The notes: generated by a model from the sequence alone, not told the origin. A stretch of DNA of 64,000 bases from Octopus vulgaris (GCA_951406725.2 OX597835.1:6014001-6078000), one strand, 5' to 3'; positions 1 through 13,799 are shown, counted from the first letter of the stretch. Translations and numbers: made by a program.

Positions 1-1360
<1,360 letters not shown>

Positions 1361-1677
1361 TAATGGTTTAGCTATAATTACTGCAATTGTCTTATTAGTT
1401 TTCCAATACAATCAGAACGGTGGACGTATTATTTATGGATATGTATACGAAATGGCACGCGCATGGCATAAGAATCGTATTGTTTTACTACAGTTTAATA
1501 CGGATCTGAATTTCAAATAAAAATTCACAGGAGATTGTGCAATTGCTGGAATGCTATAGCAACGCCAATTTCCAAGCTACACTACTTGACTACAATAATA
1601 TCACAACGTTGTGATGTTTTCATCTCATTTACTGACATATTTTATTGGATTAAACGTCTTAAGGCAGTAAAATACAA

Positions 1678-1795
1678 ATGATGACGCCTCCTCTCGGGTA
1701 TTCCACCTACTTCAATAATGGAAGCAAAATATCTCGAGAACTTGTTTCAATCCAGCATCTGGTGATTTTTATGACTTTTGTGGGTGCAATCTGTT
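1678..1795 (+). CDS. speculative first coding exon (hydrophobic N-terminus, phase-1 donor)
   Basis: ATG at 1678 opens MMTPPLGYSTYFNNGSKISRELVSIQHLVIFMTFVGAIC, then T|GTAAGT at 1796; no homology recognised. Confidence 0.25.
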
Positions 1796-2796
1796 GTAAG
1801 TATTCAGAACTGTGATTTGAGCATAGTTCATCGCCTCAATTTCCTGGTGAGATTCGAAAGAAGGAAATAAAAGTGATCGTATATGTGCGTGTGTAAATGT
1901 GTGTGAGAGACAGACAGACAGACAGAGACAGAGAGAACCAAACAGCTAATCAAATTAACTAAAGAAAACCATTGCAATCCACGTTGTACGTCAGTTCCCA
2001 TTTCAGAGCTTGTCGAATAAATTCAGTATATGATCACAGAATATGATAGCAGAAAACAAAAGAATACAGACTTACAGTTTTAATCAACTTATACGCGTTT
2101 CGGATACGTTAGTATTACATATTCCGCGATTTATTGATCATGTATATTTATTGATCCATTTTAATCGACTAGGGTTCTATACAGTTAATACCATCATACC
2201 TTTTATAAAGCTTCACCAATCTGCTTGGAATAGAACAGTGAGAACAATTTAAGGAATATAGATAGTAGTAAACTTAACAGCTTTTGCTAGGTCAACTTTT
2301 GGATATTTCTATCAGCAGATTTACTTAGGAATTGTAAGGTTACGGTAATATTTAAACATGATATGGCAAAAAATTCTTCCGCTCTTAAATCGTTATTCAA
2401 CTCAACAAATATATAGTGGCAGCAAATATGGATGAAAAAGTTATGAGGAATTATATTATTTACTTCATAAGCGACTGTTATTAGACGAGCATAAATTTTA
2501 TATATAAGCGTTTGATGGAAGAGGGGTTATTTAGAGTAAATCCCAAAGGAAATAAGAAGTAAATTAATTACCAATGAATATATTCTATTTAGAAGTAATC
2601 GTTTTTCTTAAAGGAATAAATATGTAAAGTTTAAAATCTAAGATAATTGCAATATGTTTACGATAACTTAAGGTGAAAACATTAAATTTGAATTAATTAG
2701 GAATACACTAAAAATAAAATGGGTAAATCAAAGTAAATTAAAATAGATTAAATCTAATAGAACTATGTATGTATATGTATGTATATATTTATATGC

Positions 2797-2879
<83 letters not shown>

Positions 2880-4549
2880 TGCTTGTGTGTGTTAATCATT
2901 GGTGACAGAGGCAGTATTAATACCATAAGATGTTCTTGATATCCAACTGATATCGAAGCTACGCTAATGGCCTTGCATGATTCTCTTATACAGACGCTTG
3001 GTAAATAAAAGCATACACATGGATCGTAGCAGAATAGTGACTGCTGTCTTGTAGGAAGATGTATCAACAATAACATATTAAGCAATAAGCAATAAAATAT
3101 TACGGAGATGTACTTGCAGAGCAAGTGACCTGATCCGAGATCGTGTGCTGGAACGAAAACAATTGCAGCGTGGAAGGTCTTTATAAGCCATTTAAGAAAC
3201 ACACAAACACTGTTAGATTCACTTCAACATTTAAATTTAATTTGTCAAAATATTTTCGTCAAAATATTTCCGTTCTGCATCACATCTAATACAATATCAG
3301 ACAATAAGAAATTCCTCAAGAGTGGGTCGGACGCAACAAAGGAACCCCACGCATCCTGGACATCCCGATCACCAAGGACACCTTAGACAGGTGCCCCTCT
3401 CCTCTTCATTCTCTCCGGCCTACAGCTGCATGCTCAGTGTAGGCCCTATCCCACGGGCCATCCTCGCCATGTTCATCAACTTTTCCACAAAATTGTGTGT
3501 GTGTTTGTGTTTGTGTGTGTCTGTCTGTATAGGAACGGCTCGTTGGACAGTTGAAAATACTGGTACCTGATATTTTTCAAAAATTCGCGATTGTAACTGT
3601 TAGAACGCCTTTGATGATAGTTATGTCATGATGGAGATCGACATAGGCTTAAACAGCAATAATGGTTTCTGGTTGAGGTACACGTTCAGTGTATGACTGG
3701 TATTTTATTTTATCGATCCTGAAGGGACGAAAGCCAAAACTGATCCCGGTCGTATTCGAACTCAGGATATACAGAAACAAAACGAATGCTACAAAACACT
3801 TTTCTGTTGCGAAGAATGAAAGAAAGAAAGAATTAATTTCTTTCCAAACTAATTTTAGTCTAAACTGAATAACGAACCTTTCTCTGAGCCAGGGAAGCCG
3901 AAAAAAAGGAAAGGACAATATAGAAATTTAAAAACTGGGTTCTCATTTCTAATGTATTTTCCGATCCTCTAATCTTCCCACAAACTCAAAATACAACACC
4001 TGCAAATCGTCTGCATGAAGTTCTTTGAACGAATCTCACTTTACGATTGTGCCATTCTTTTTATGAATAAAATGTTTCTACAAAAATAGACAAACTGACA
4101 AACCACAATCAATACAATAATTTCATTAATAATCATTTGGCGCAGCCATGACACAACCAAGCAGTTTCCTGATTTCTGTGGAATATCGCGGATTAATCCG
4201 AATTGGAATTCCATTTCTCTGAACGAAGTATTTAATCTAAACCGTATTGGGTGTTTTGTCGTCGAAGTATTATCTGATTAATTTTGTCTGACACAGTTGA
4301 CTATGAGGGATGAACGTAATCCGTCGCCAGATTTATCCCCACCACAAGGGACCTTGTTGGTCACTTTGGCGAAATCAATACTAACAGAAACATTTTCCCC
4401 TCTCTTAACGCTACCCAAGCGTTCAGTCAGGGGCAAAATTTGCCCCGTGAGAGCCTGAAAACAAACACATAACTCCAGTCGTCAAAAGTGCTCTCAATGA
4501 CAAAAGACACCGACAATTATGTCTAATTATAATTAGACATATGCAGATA

Positions 4550-4965
4550 GGCGCAGGAGTGGCTGTGTGGTAAGTAGCTTGTTTGCCAACCACATGGTTC
4601 CGGGTTCAGTCCCACTGCGTGACACCTTGGGCAAGTGTCTTCTACTATAGTCTCGGGCCGACCAAAGCCTTGTGAGTGGATTTGGTTGACGGAAACTGAA
4701 AGAAGCCCGTCGTATATATGTATATATATATATGCGTGTGTGTGTTTGTGCGTCTGTGTTTGTCCCCCTAGCATTGCTTGACAACCGATGCTGGTGTGTT
4801 TATGTCCCCGTTACTTAGCGGTTCGGCAAAATAGACCGATAGAATAAGTACTGGGCTTACAAAAGAATAAGTCCATGGTCGAGTTGCTCGATTAAAGGCG
4901 GTGCTCCAGCATGGCCGCAGTCAAATTACTGAAACAAGTAAAAGAGTAAAAGAGAGTAAAGAGTA
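4550..4965 (+). mobile_element. SINE family A (tRNA-derived head, CORE-like segment, internal (TA)/(TG) tract, (GAGTAAAA)n tail), full length
   Basis: Head GGCGCAGGAGTGGCTGTGTGGTAAG...GGTTCAGTCCC (A/B boxes), ACCTTGGGCAAGT, tail AAGTAAAAGAGTAAAAGAG; near-identical to other copies in the window. Confidence 0.92.
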
Positions 4966-5012
4966 TACTAAATGGAGGAAAATAATGGTTTAAGCTGCAA
5001 CTTACACAGCCT

Positions 5013-5203
5013 GAAGAAAATTTTAACTGAGCCCCCACCTGCAAGGTCATGCGCTGTTTATATGAGACCACTATGTCGCGCACACATGGTTGTGATGCAT
5101 GTGCCTGGTGTACCCTTATCAGACGGGTAGTCATGATGAGTAAACTGGGCTTCGTATATTTTACCCCAGTGTCACTTTGATGGCATGCACTGCTCTTTCA
5201 CTC
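5013..5203 (+). mobile_element. family E interspersed repeat, 3' part ending in (AAT)n
   Basis: Reverse complement of 48743-48915; terminates directly in (AAT)n. Confidence 0.75.
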
Positions 5204-5422
5204 AATAATAATAATAATAATAACAACGGACTCTCCCATAGAATACGACGTATGTGTGTTCAGCTGTTTGACGAACGACCTGCACAAATGATTTGTTTAC
5301 AGTGATCAAATATATGTGCCGTACATTATCTCACTCACACAAACCGACGTTGCCTGAACAGGAGTGCGGTGTGCCACGCGTCTAGTGTCGAAGTGATCAC
5401 ATAGCAACAACAACAAAAACAA

Positions 5423-5463
<41 letters not shown>

Positions 5464-5475
5464 TAATAATAATAA

Positions 5476-5888
5476 TTCTTTATTGCCCACAAGGGTCCAA
5501 ACATAGAGGGGACAAACAAGGACAGACAAAGAGATTAAGTCAATTACATCGACCCCAGTGCGTAACTGGTACTTATTTAATCGACCCCGAAAGGATGAAA
5601 GGCAAAGTCGACCTCGGCGGAATTTGAACTCAGAACGTAACGGCAGATGAAATACCAATTTCTTTACTACCCACAAGGGGCTAAACACAAAGGGGACAAA
5701 CAAGGACAGACATAGGTATTAAGTCGATTACATCGACCCCAGTGCGTAACTGGTACTTATTTAATCGACCCCGAAAGGATGAAAGGCAAAGTCGACCTCG
5801 GCGGAATTTGAACTCAGAGCGTAGCAGCAGACGAAATACCACGAAGCATTTCGCCCGGCGTGCTTAACGATTCTGCAAGCACACCGCC
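5476..5888 (-). mobile_element. tandem pair of SINE family B (5476-5656 is 5'-truncated; 5657-5888 near full length)
   Basis: Two repeats of ATCGACCCCAGTGCGTAACTGGTACTTATTTAATCGACCCCGAAAGGATGAAAGGCAAAGTCGACCTCGGCGGAATTTGAACTCAG; B-box GAGTTCAAATTCC on minus; flanked by (AAT)n. Confidence 0.9.
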
Positions 5889-5991
<103 letters not shown>

Positions 5992-6408
5992 GCACAAATT
6001 TGTTACCCCATAATCAAAATATATTTGGCTTCCACGTAACAAATTTCCTGAATGTTTCTAATTATTATTTCGAAAAGACTTCTAATATTGACCGGAAATT
6101 ACAAGTGTCGCGTATTTCTCTCGATTAACTGTCTCTTTAATTATGTGATGTGAGGTCGTGAAGGCTGGAAGCAGAAATCAAACATTTGACGTATTTTTCT
6201 GTTGCGAAGAATGAAAGAAAGAAAGAATTAATTTCTTTCCAAACCAATTTTGGTCTAAACTGAATAACGAAACTTTCTCTGACCGCAGTCATAATGTTTG
6301 GAAAATATAGATTTTAACGTAAGCACAAGGCTTATAAATTTGCGAACAGATGTACAGCTGATGTCTTCGACCCCAGTATTTCACTGGTACTTTATTTTAT
6401 TGGATGAG

Positions 6409-6505
6409 GGATCACTCGGCTCGTCTGTCGTTGAAGAGCGCGGCTATCCGCGTGAACTGATGCGAATTGCAGGACTCAGTGAACATCGACACCTCGAACG
6501 CACAT
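6409..6505 (+). pseudogene. 5.8S rRNA retrocopy fragment
   Basis: GGATCACTCGGCTCGT..GTCG.TGAAGA.CGC.GCTA...GCG.GAA.T.ATG.GAATTGCAGGAC...TGAACATCGAC...TCGAACGCACAT follows the conserved 5' two-thirds of metazoan 5.8S rRNA; no ITS, 18S or 28S context. Confidence 0.9.
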
Positions 6506-6506
6506 A

Positions 6507-6826
6507 GTAGAGGCGCAATGGCCCAGTGGTTAGGGTAGCGGACTCGCGATCGAATGATTGCGGTTTCGATTCCCAGACCGGACGTTGTGTGTGTTTATTG
6601 AGCGAAAACACCTAAGGCTCCACGATCCCCCGGCAGGGGGTGGTGGCGACCCCTGGTGTACTCTTTCGCCCCAAATTTCTCTCACTCTTTCTTCCTGTTT
6701 CTTGAGTAACGCTGCGATGGACTGGCGTCCCGTCCAGCTGGGGGGGAACACATACGCCACAGAAACCGGGAAACCGGGCCCATGAGCCTGGGTAGGCTTC
6801 AAAAGAGCGCTTAAATAAATAAAAAA
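6507..6826 (+). mobile_element. SINE family C (tRNA head, tail type X), co-inserted with the 5.8S fragment
   Basis: GAGGCGCAATGGCCCAGTGGTTAGGG...GGTTTCGATTCCCAG; A-rich tail; 15-bp direct repeat ACTTTATTTTATTGG at 6389-6403 and 6827-6841. Confidence 0.9.
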
Positions 6827-7169
6827 ACTTTATTTTATTGGTTCCAGAGAATGAAAGACGTGATTTGAATTTGGAACAAAGAGAGATGTAGTTAAATACC
6901 GCAAGGTATTTCCTTCTACACGCTAATTATTCTACCTCTACATATCCCTATAAACTAATCAATAATTCTTTATTTGATAATTGATACTATCATTAATTAA
7001 TACTAATTGCTATTTCTTTACTGGCTCCAAATGCTGTTACATTGAATTTGAGTAGCCTTAAGCCGCACAAGTGCAAACCAGAAAGCATAGCTAATAACCT
7101 TATGTGCAAGTGTGACGATTTTCAGCAGAGAAGAGCCAGGGAAGCCGAAAAAAAGGAAAGGACAATATA

Positions 7170-7423
7170 GAAATTTCGAAACTGGGTTCTCATTTCTAAT
7201 GTATGTTTCGATATTGTTGTTGTTATTGTTGTTGCTGTTGTTGTTGTTGTTCTTGTTCTTGTTCTTGTTGTTCTTGTTGTTGTTGTTGTTGTTCTTCTTC
7301 TTCTTCTTCTTCTTCTTCTTCTTGTTCAGGTCTCTGCCTGGAATCGAACTCAGAATCTTGGAGTTGAGAGCACGGATTACTAGCCCCAAGATTCCGAGTT
7401 CGGTCCCAAGCAGTGACCTGAGT

Positions 7424-7456
<33 letters not shown>

Positions 7457-7533
7457 AAGAAGAAGAAGAAGAAGAAGAAGAAGAAGAAGATCGAAAACAT
7501 ACATTAGGAATGAGAACCAAGTTTCGAAATTTC
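7170..7533. repeat. about 360-bp imperfect inverted repeat (head-to-head copies of element D)
   Basis: 7170-7212 is the reverse complement of 7490-7533; (GTT/CTT)n mirrors (AAG)n; 7326-7366 mirrors 7380-7421. Confidence 0.9.
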
Positions 7534-7538
7534 CCCAT

Positions 7539-7584
7539 GACACCTGATGAAGGCTGGAGGGTATATCAGCCGAAGCGGTGTGTT
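7539..7584 (+). ncRNA. minimal type-I hammerhead ribozyme-like motif (mutated)
   Basis: GACAC-CTGATGA-A-GGCTG(loop)CAGCC-GAAG-CGGT-GTGTT; GAAG instead of GAAA. Confidence 0.6.
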
Positions 7585-7861
7585 AACAACAAACAAGATG
7601 AGGACAAATAACCGTCAAATGTAAATAATGTAAATAATGTAAATAATGTAGATAATTCCTCATCTCTTAAATATAGAACTGAAGCAACATATCGTTGACA
7701 ATCGTTCACCACTCACCCTCTATTCATAATATGTTGCAAAGTGGCAACGAGCCAAAAGTAACGTCATCTCCAACGTCTTTTACGGTGATCCTCGTATTTC
7801 TTCGTCCTATGTATTGAACTCTAATCTATGTGAGGCATTTGTTTAGTTTGAATCTTCACAG

Positions 7862-8272
7862 TTTTACTCTTACTCTTTTACTCTTTTACTTGTTTCAGTC
7901 ATTTGACTGCGGCCATGCTGGAGCACCGCCTTTAGTCGAGCAAATCGACCCCGGGACTTATTCTTTGTAAGCCCAGTACTTATTCTATCGGTCTCTTTTT
8001 GCCGAACCGCTAAGTGACAGAGACGTAAACACACCAGCATCGGTTGTCAAGCAATGCTAGGAGGACAAACACATACACACACATACATATACATATATAT
8101 ACATATATACGACGGGCTTCTTTCAGTTTCCGTCTACCAAATCCACTCACAAGGCATTGGTCGGCCCGGGGCTATAGCAGAAGACACTTGCCCAAGATGC
8201 CACGCAGTGGGACTGAACCCGGAACCATGTGGTTGGTTAGCAAGCTACTTATCACACAGCCACTCCTGCGCC
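7862..8272 (-). mobile_element. SINE family A, full length
   Basis: Reverse complement of 4550-4965. Confidence 0.92.
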
Positions 8273-8623
8273 TATGTTTCTTCCAGTTTTAAGCAATATC
8301 TATAGTTTCTTATAACCTACCCAGTCTAGACCCCATTTTATCGCCTAGGGCTACCCCCAACTTAAGTTGTGGGGCACAGGGAGACCCATCAAAAGTTTGG
8401 AAATTTACAGAGAAACCATTTACCATTTCTCGCTTTTGTGTGTTCCTCCAGGCAAAATCGCGCTTACTTTGGTTACATAGTACTGCCAAATTGTAGTTTT
8501 ATTTTCAGCTAGATGGCCTACATCTAGCTTTGGTCCGTTGAGAGTAGCAATATCAAAGAGAGTTGGATTTCTATATTTGTTACGGATATTAAAAATGTAA
8601 AATTATTTTCGTTCAGCAAAATG

Positions 8624-8790
8624 TGCTGTGTATGTTTGTGCATGTGTGCGTGGATTTTTTGTGTATGTATGTTTGTATATATATATATATATGTGTGTGT
8701 GTGTGAGTGTGTGCTTGCATGCATGTGTGTGTGCTTGCATGCATGTGTGTGTGTGTATTTGTGTGTGTGTGTGTTGGTGTGTGTGTGTGT

Positions 8791-8838
<48 letters not shown>

Positions 8839-8930
8839 TTGTGTGTGTATTTGTGCATGTGTGCGTGGATTTTTTGTGTATGTATGTTTGTATATATATG
8901 TGTGTGTGTGAGAGTGTGCTTGCATACATG

Positions 8931-8998
<68 letters not shown>

Positions 8999-9030
8999 TG
9001 TGTGTGTGTGTATTTGTGTGTGTGTGTGTG
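8624..9030. repeat. (TG)n field containing an about 215-bp tandem duplication
   Basis: TGTGCATGTGTGCGTGGATTTTTTGTGTATGTATGTTTGTATATATA occurs at about 8637 and 8852. Confidence 0.85.
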
Positions 9031-9555
9031 CATTATTGTTGATTTTGTTGCAAGCAAATATAAATTTCTGAAACTGCTTGCATTAGTGTTATTGTTGGCA
9101 GAAGTGATATTTTCGTGCAAGTTTTTGAGTTTTGCTATAAATCTTTTGAATTCTATTCATCCTTTCTTTTTGCAATTCGTTTTAGTGTGTGTTCAGCGAT
9201 TTCTTTTAACATCTACAAACAAGAAAAGAATAGCAGTGAAAACTTTTTAGAAACTGGTGTATTCACTGCTACTTCGTTTCTTGTTATTATCTGTTACTAC
9301 TCCTCCAGTATTAAAGACTATTGTAAAAGCGACAAATTTCGGAAAAAGCTAAAACTATGTTTAAATTCAGACCTTCTGTCTGCATCAGGTATTGAAAGAG
9401 ACGTGCCGACCTTCCAACATTTCACTGTATATGTAAGATAATCTAAAGCGGGACTAATTTTTTGCATTCAGCAGAGACTATTAATACCCCTTAATTCTAT
9501 CAGAGAGCTGCAAACCGCCCGCACATGTCAAGCACATATAATAATAATAATAACG

Positions 9556-9607
<52 letters not shown>

Positions 9608-9774
9608 CAACAACAAACATATTTATGACGATAATGATGATCACGATCATGTATAATACATAATATATAATGTTAGCCGGTTATTTTACAGTAATATGGC
9701 ATCAAAACATTATTTTCAACGCCTGGTAATTTTGGGGGAAAAAAACGAGAAACGCTCGTAGGAATGGCGCCCAT

Positions 9775-10455
<681 letters not shown>

Positions 10456-11212
10456 ATAAGTATTTTATTTTTTATCCTATTTTATTTTTTTATTAATATG
10501 TTCCCTTTGAATTGAGAAGATTCTAATAGTAATGCAAATGATAAATTTTACCAAAATGATTTCTGCTCAATGGGGATAAAAATGCTTTATATTTGTTCTT
10601 TTTCACGTGTTCGTATGTTGTATTTTAGTTCCATATTTCACAGTGTATGTATATATTTAAGTATTTCTATGCATGTCCATGCGCGTGCGTGTGTGTGCGT
10701 CCGTGTGTATGTGTCTGTGTGTGTATGTGGCTGTCTGTGTGCGTAAGTACTTGTTGTGAAGGGAGGATCTAATGCATTCGATAATTTTTTTTTACTCTGT
10801 TGCTCATCGATGATGAGGAAAATTATACGGAAATAGAAAATAAATAATATTGTGTGTGTGTATGTGTACATGTAATGTATACATACATACATACATACAT
10901 ATATATATACATATATATTTATATACATGTATATATACATATATATATACATGATATATATATGTATATATATATGAATATATATATATGCATACATGTG
11001 CGTGTGTATATTTATAGATGTATATGTATATAACTATATATGCATGTATATATATATATATATATATAAATATGTGTGTATATATGTATATATATACATA
11101 TACATATATACATATATTATATGCACACACACATGCACATATATATATATATATACATGTATATATATATATATATATATTTGTATATGTATATATATAT
11201 ATATTTATATGG

Positions 11213-11283
<71 letters not shown>

Positions 11284-11487
11284 CGCATACATATGTAAGA
11301 AGTGTGCATGTGTGTATAAAAAAAGATAAAGTGGGGTGGGTTGCAATGAAATCCTATTCACGAAGGAAAAAAGAAAAGAAGCAAAAGACAGAAAATGGGA
11401 TTATGCAAAGGGAAAATGTTTTCCTTCGGGCCATTACGATAGCAACAATATTGTTGGAGTAGTAGAGAGGAATATGGTAATAATGTT

Positions 11488-11514
11488 TATGACGATGATG
11501 ATGATGACGACGAC

Positions 11515-11549
<35 letters not shown>

Positions 11550-11574
11550 CGATGATGATGATGATGACGACGAC

Positions 11575-11614
<40 letters not shown>

Positions 11615-11658
11615 GTGATGATGACGACGATGACGACGATGATGATGATGACGACGAC

Positions 11659-11689
<31 letters not shown>

Positions 11690-11702
11690 GTGATGGTGCT
11701 GG

Positions 11703-11743
<41 letters not shown>

Positions 11744-11905
11744 CCGGCGACGATGATGATGATGATGACGTCGATGATGATGATGATGACGACGACGACG
11801 ACGACGACGATGATGATGATGATGATGATGATGATGACGACGACGATGATGATGATGATGATGCCGGCGACGACAACTACGACAACGACGACGACGACCA
11901 TGGTG
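11488..11905. repeat. (GAT/GAC)n microsatellite
   Basis: Source of the poly-M and poly-S ORFs. Confidence 0.97.
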
Positions 11906-12457
11906 ACGATGATAATGAAGGTGACTGTGACGACTGCAGTAGTTTTAGTGTTGACGGGGTGAAAAATATATAAGTAGAGAGAAGTAGAAATGAATGTATA
12001 ATACAATACAGGTGAAAAGGTTGAAAGGAAGCGAGGAGTGGAAGTCTGTGCGAGCGGTGGGGGTGTTGGTGGGGTGGCGGCAACGGCTGATGAAGGTAAA
12101 AGAAAAATGGCAATTAGAACCAACTCACAGGTAGTGTTAAAAAGATGGAAGTCTGAGGCAAGTGTGAAATGTGATACGAAAGGGTTAATTAATTATTTAT
12201 AATAAGATGTGTGAAATTCGGCTGAAGATTGTGGGACTTTAACTTAAGATGGGGGCGGTTCATTCAAACTGTCCATTATGTGTGTGTGTTTGTGTGTGTG
12301 TGTATGTGTGTGTGTGTATGTGTGTGTGTGTGTGTGTGTAGGTGTGTGTGTGTGTGTAGGTGTTTATGTGTGTAGGTGCTTCTAACACCCCAGTTACATT
12401 TAATGACGATTATACTCTTCCCTTTTGGTGAAGTATTGAAAACTAGTCTGCATGAAT

Positions 12458-12488
<31 letters not shown>

Positions 12489-13287
12489 GGTACAAAAATG
12501 TAGTGGAAATCGTGACAGAGTTCGTTAGTTCTGTGACTGTACTACTTGGTATAAATTATATGTACAAAATTGTAAATGAATAATTTAGCGGTACCACCAA
12601 GATCGATCCTCTCCAGCAACATTGGCTGTGAACACAGAGGAGGTGATTCAATTGTTTTATGACATCTGGCTAATTACCTTGCCAATTAACAAAAGTTGAT
12701 CTACTGATAGACGGGTATATGTTCTATAGCGCTAAAAATCTGAATTACATTTTCTGTGCTTATCATGACTGATACATGTCTCGAAATCCGATTGCTAATA
12801 TATCCTAGTTTGATGGACTTGACTTCGTTTGTCCTGGTTACAGGAGTGGTATGCGGTACTTACTGCTCATCCCGAAAATCTGGTTACGTGTCAAGTCCTC
12901 CAGTGCACTTCTATGCTCCGTGAACAAACTGCAGTTTTCTTTCTGCGGAATTCACTCGTCTATTTAAATTTTGATGTGCTGTTATTTTCCGATTCGCTTG
13001 ATCGGGATGCAAAGTGTAGGTTTCTAGCATTTTCAGATTTATAAATTCTCGAAATATTATGTTGATGACGGAAATGAATTTGTATAATTCTAATCCAGAA
13101 ACGCGTCCATAATTAATCGAAGACTGTTTGATTTCGTTATTTTTTCTTCTTTTTGCCTATGTGAGTTACAAATATTGTTATCTGTGGAGTCATATCTCTA
13201 GTAAAAAGGAATGAGCTGTCTTTGGTTGCTATTTCTGAATTTACGTTATGCGGTGAGGCAACTTGTTGCTTAACCCTTAATTATATT

Positions 13288-13323
<36 letters not shown>

Positions 13324-13502
13324 TCCAAAACTTACAGGGAAAAATTCAATTTAACAATTTTAAATCAAATTTCACAATATTTAGAGAAAAACCTCTATTA
13401 AACAATTCAATAAAAAAATGTCATTCACACCACATATACTATAGAAAGAAAACCTTATTCTAAAAATCAATAAAGTACAATAAATAGTAAATAGTAGTAA
13501 AA

Positions 13503-13622
13503 GGACTACGCGCGTTTCGTGGCTATATTTTCAAATAGATAATAATGATAAAATCAATTCGATGTAAAATTATATCGAACTAAAATTAATTCTATTTTAA
13601 AATATAGTCACTCATCAAGTCT
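13503..13622 (-). ncRNA. type-I hammerhead ribozyme-like motif with very long stem II, probably within a Penelope-like terminal repeat (about 13321-13760)
   Basis: Minus strand GAC-TTGATGA-GTGACTATATTTTAAAATAGA...TCTATTTGAAAATATAGCCAC-GAAA-CGCGCG-TA-GTC; 19 of 21 bp pair in outer stem II; C3 is U. Confidence 0.65.
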
Positions 13623-13761
13623 AAAATAATAAATAATAAAATATAATAATAGAATACATGTACTTATCGTAACTTATACTAATTATCAAATAAATATATA
13701 AAAAAAACATATGTGTATTAACTATAAATTATTGAGAAACATTTAACATTTCTTAAAATAC

Positions 13762-13799
<38 letters not shown>

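Noticed and set aside
6409-6505. Functional rDNA unit
   Set aside because: Truncated at both ends, no ITS/18S/28S, and enclosed by TSDs
8044-8305. Recurrent ORFs MLGGQT.../RASFSFRLPNPLTR... seen at many loci
   Set aside because: Antisense translations of SINE A copies, not a gene family
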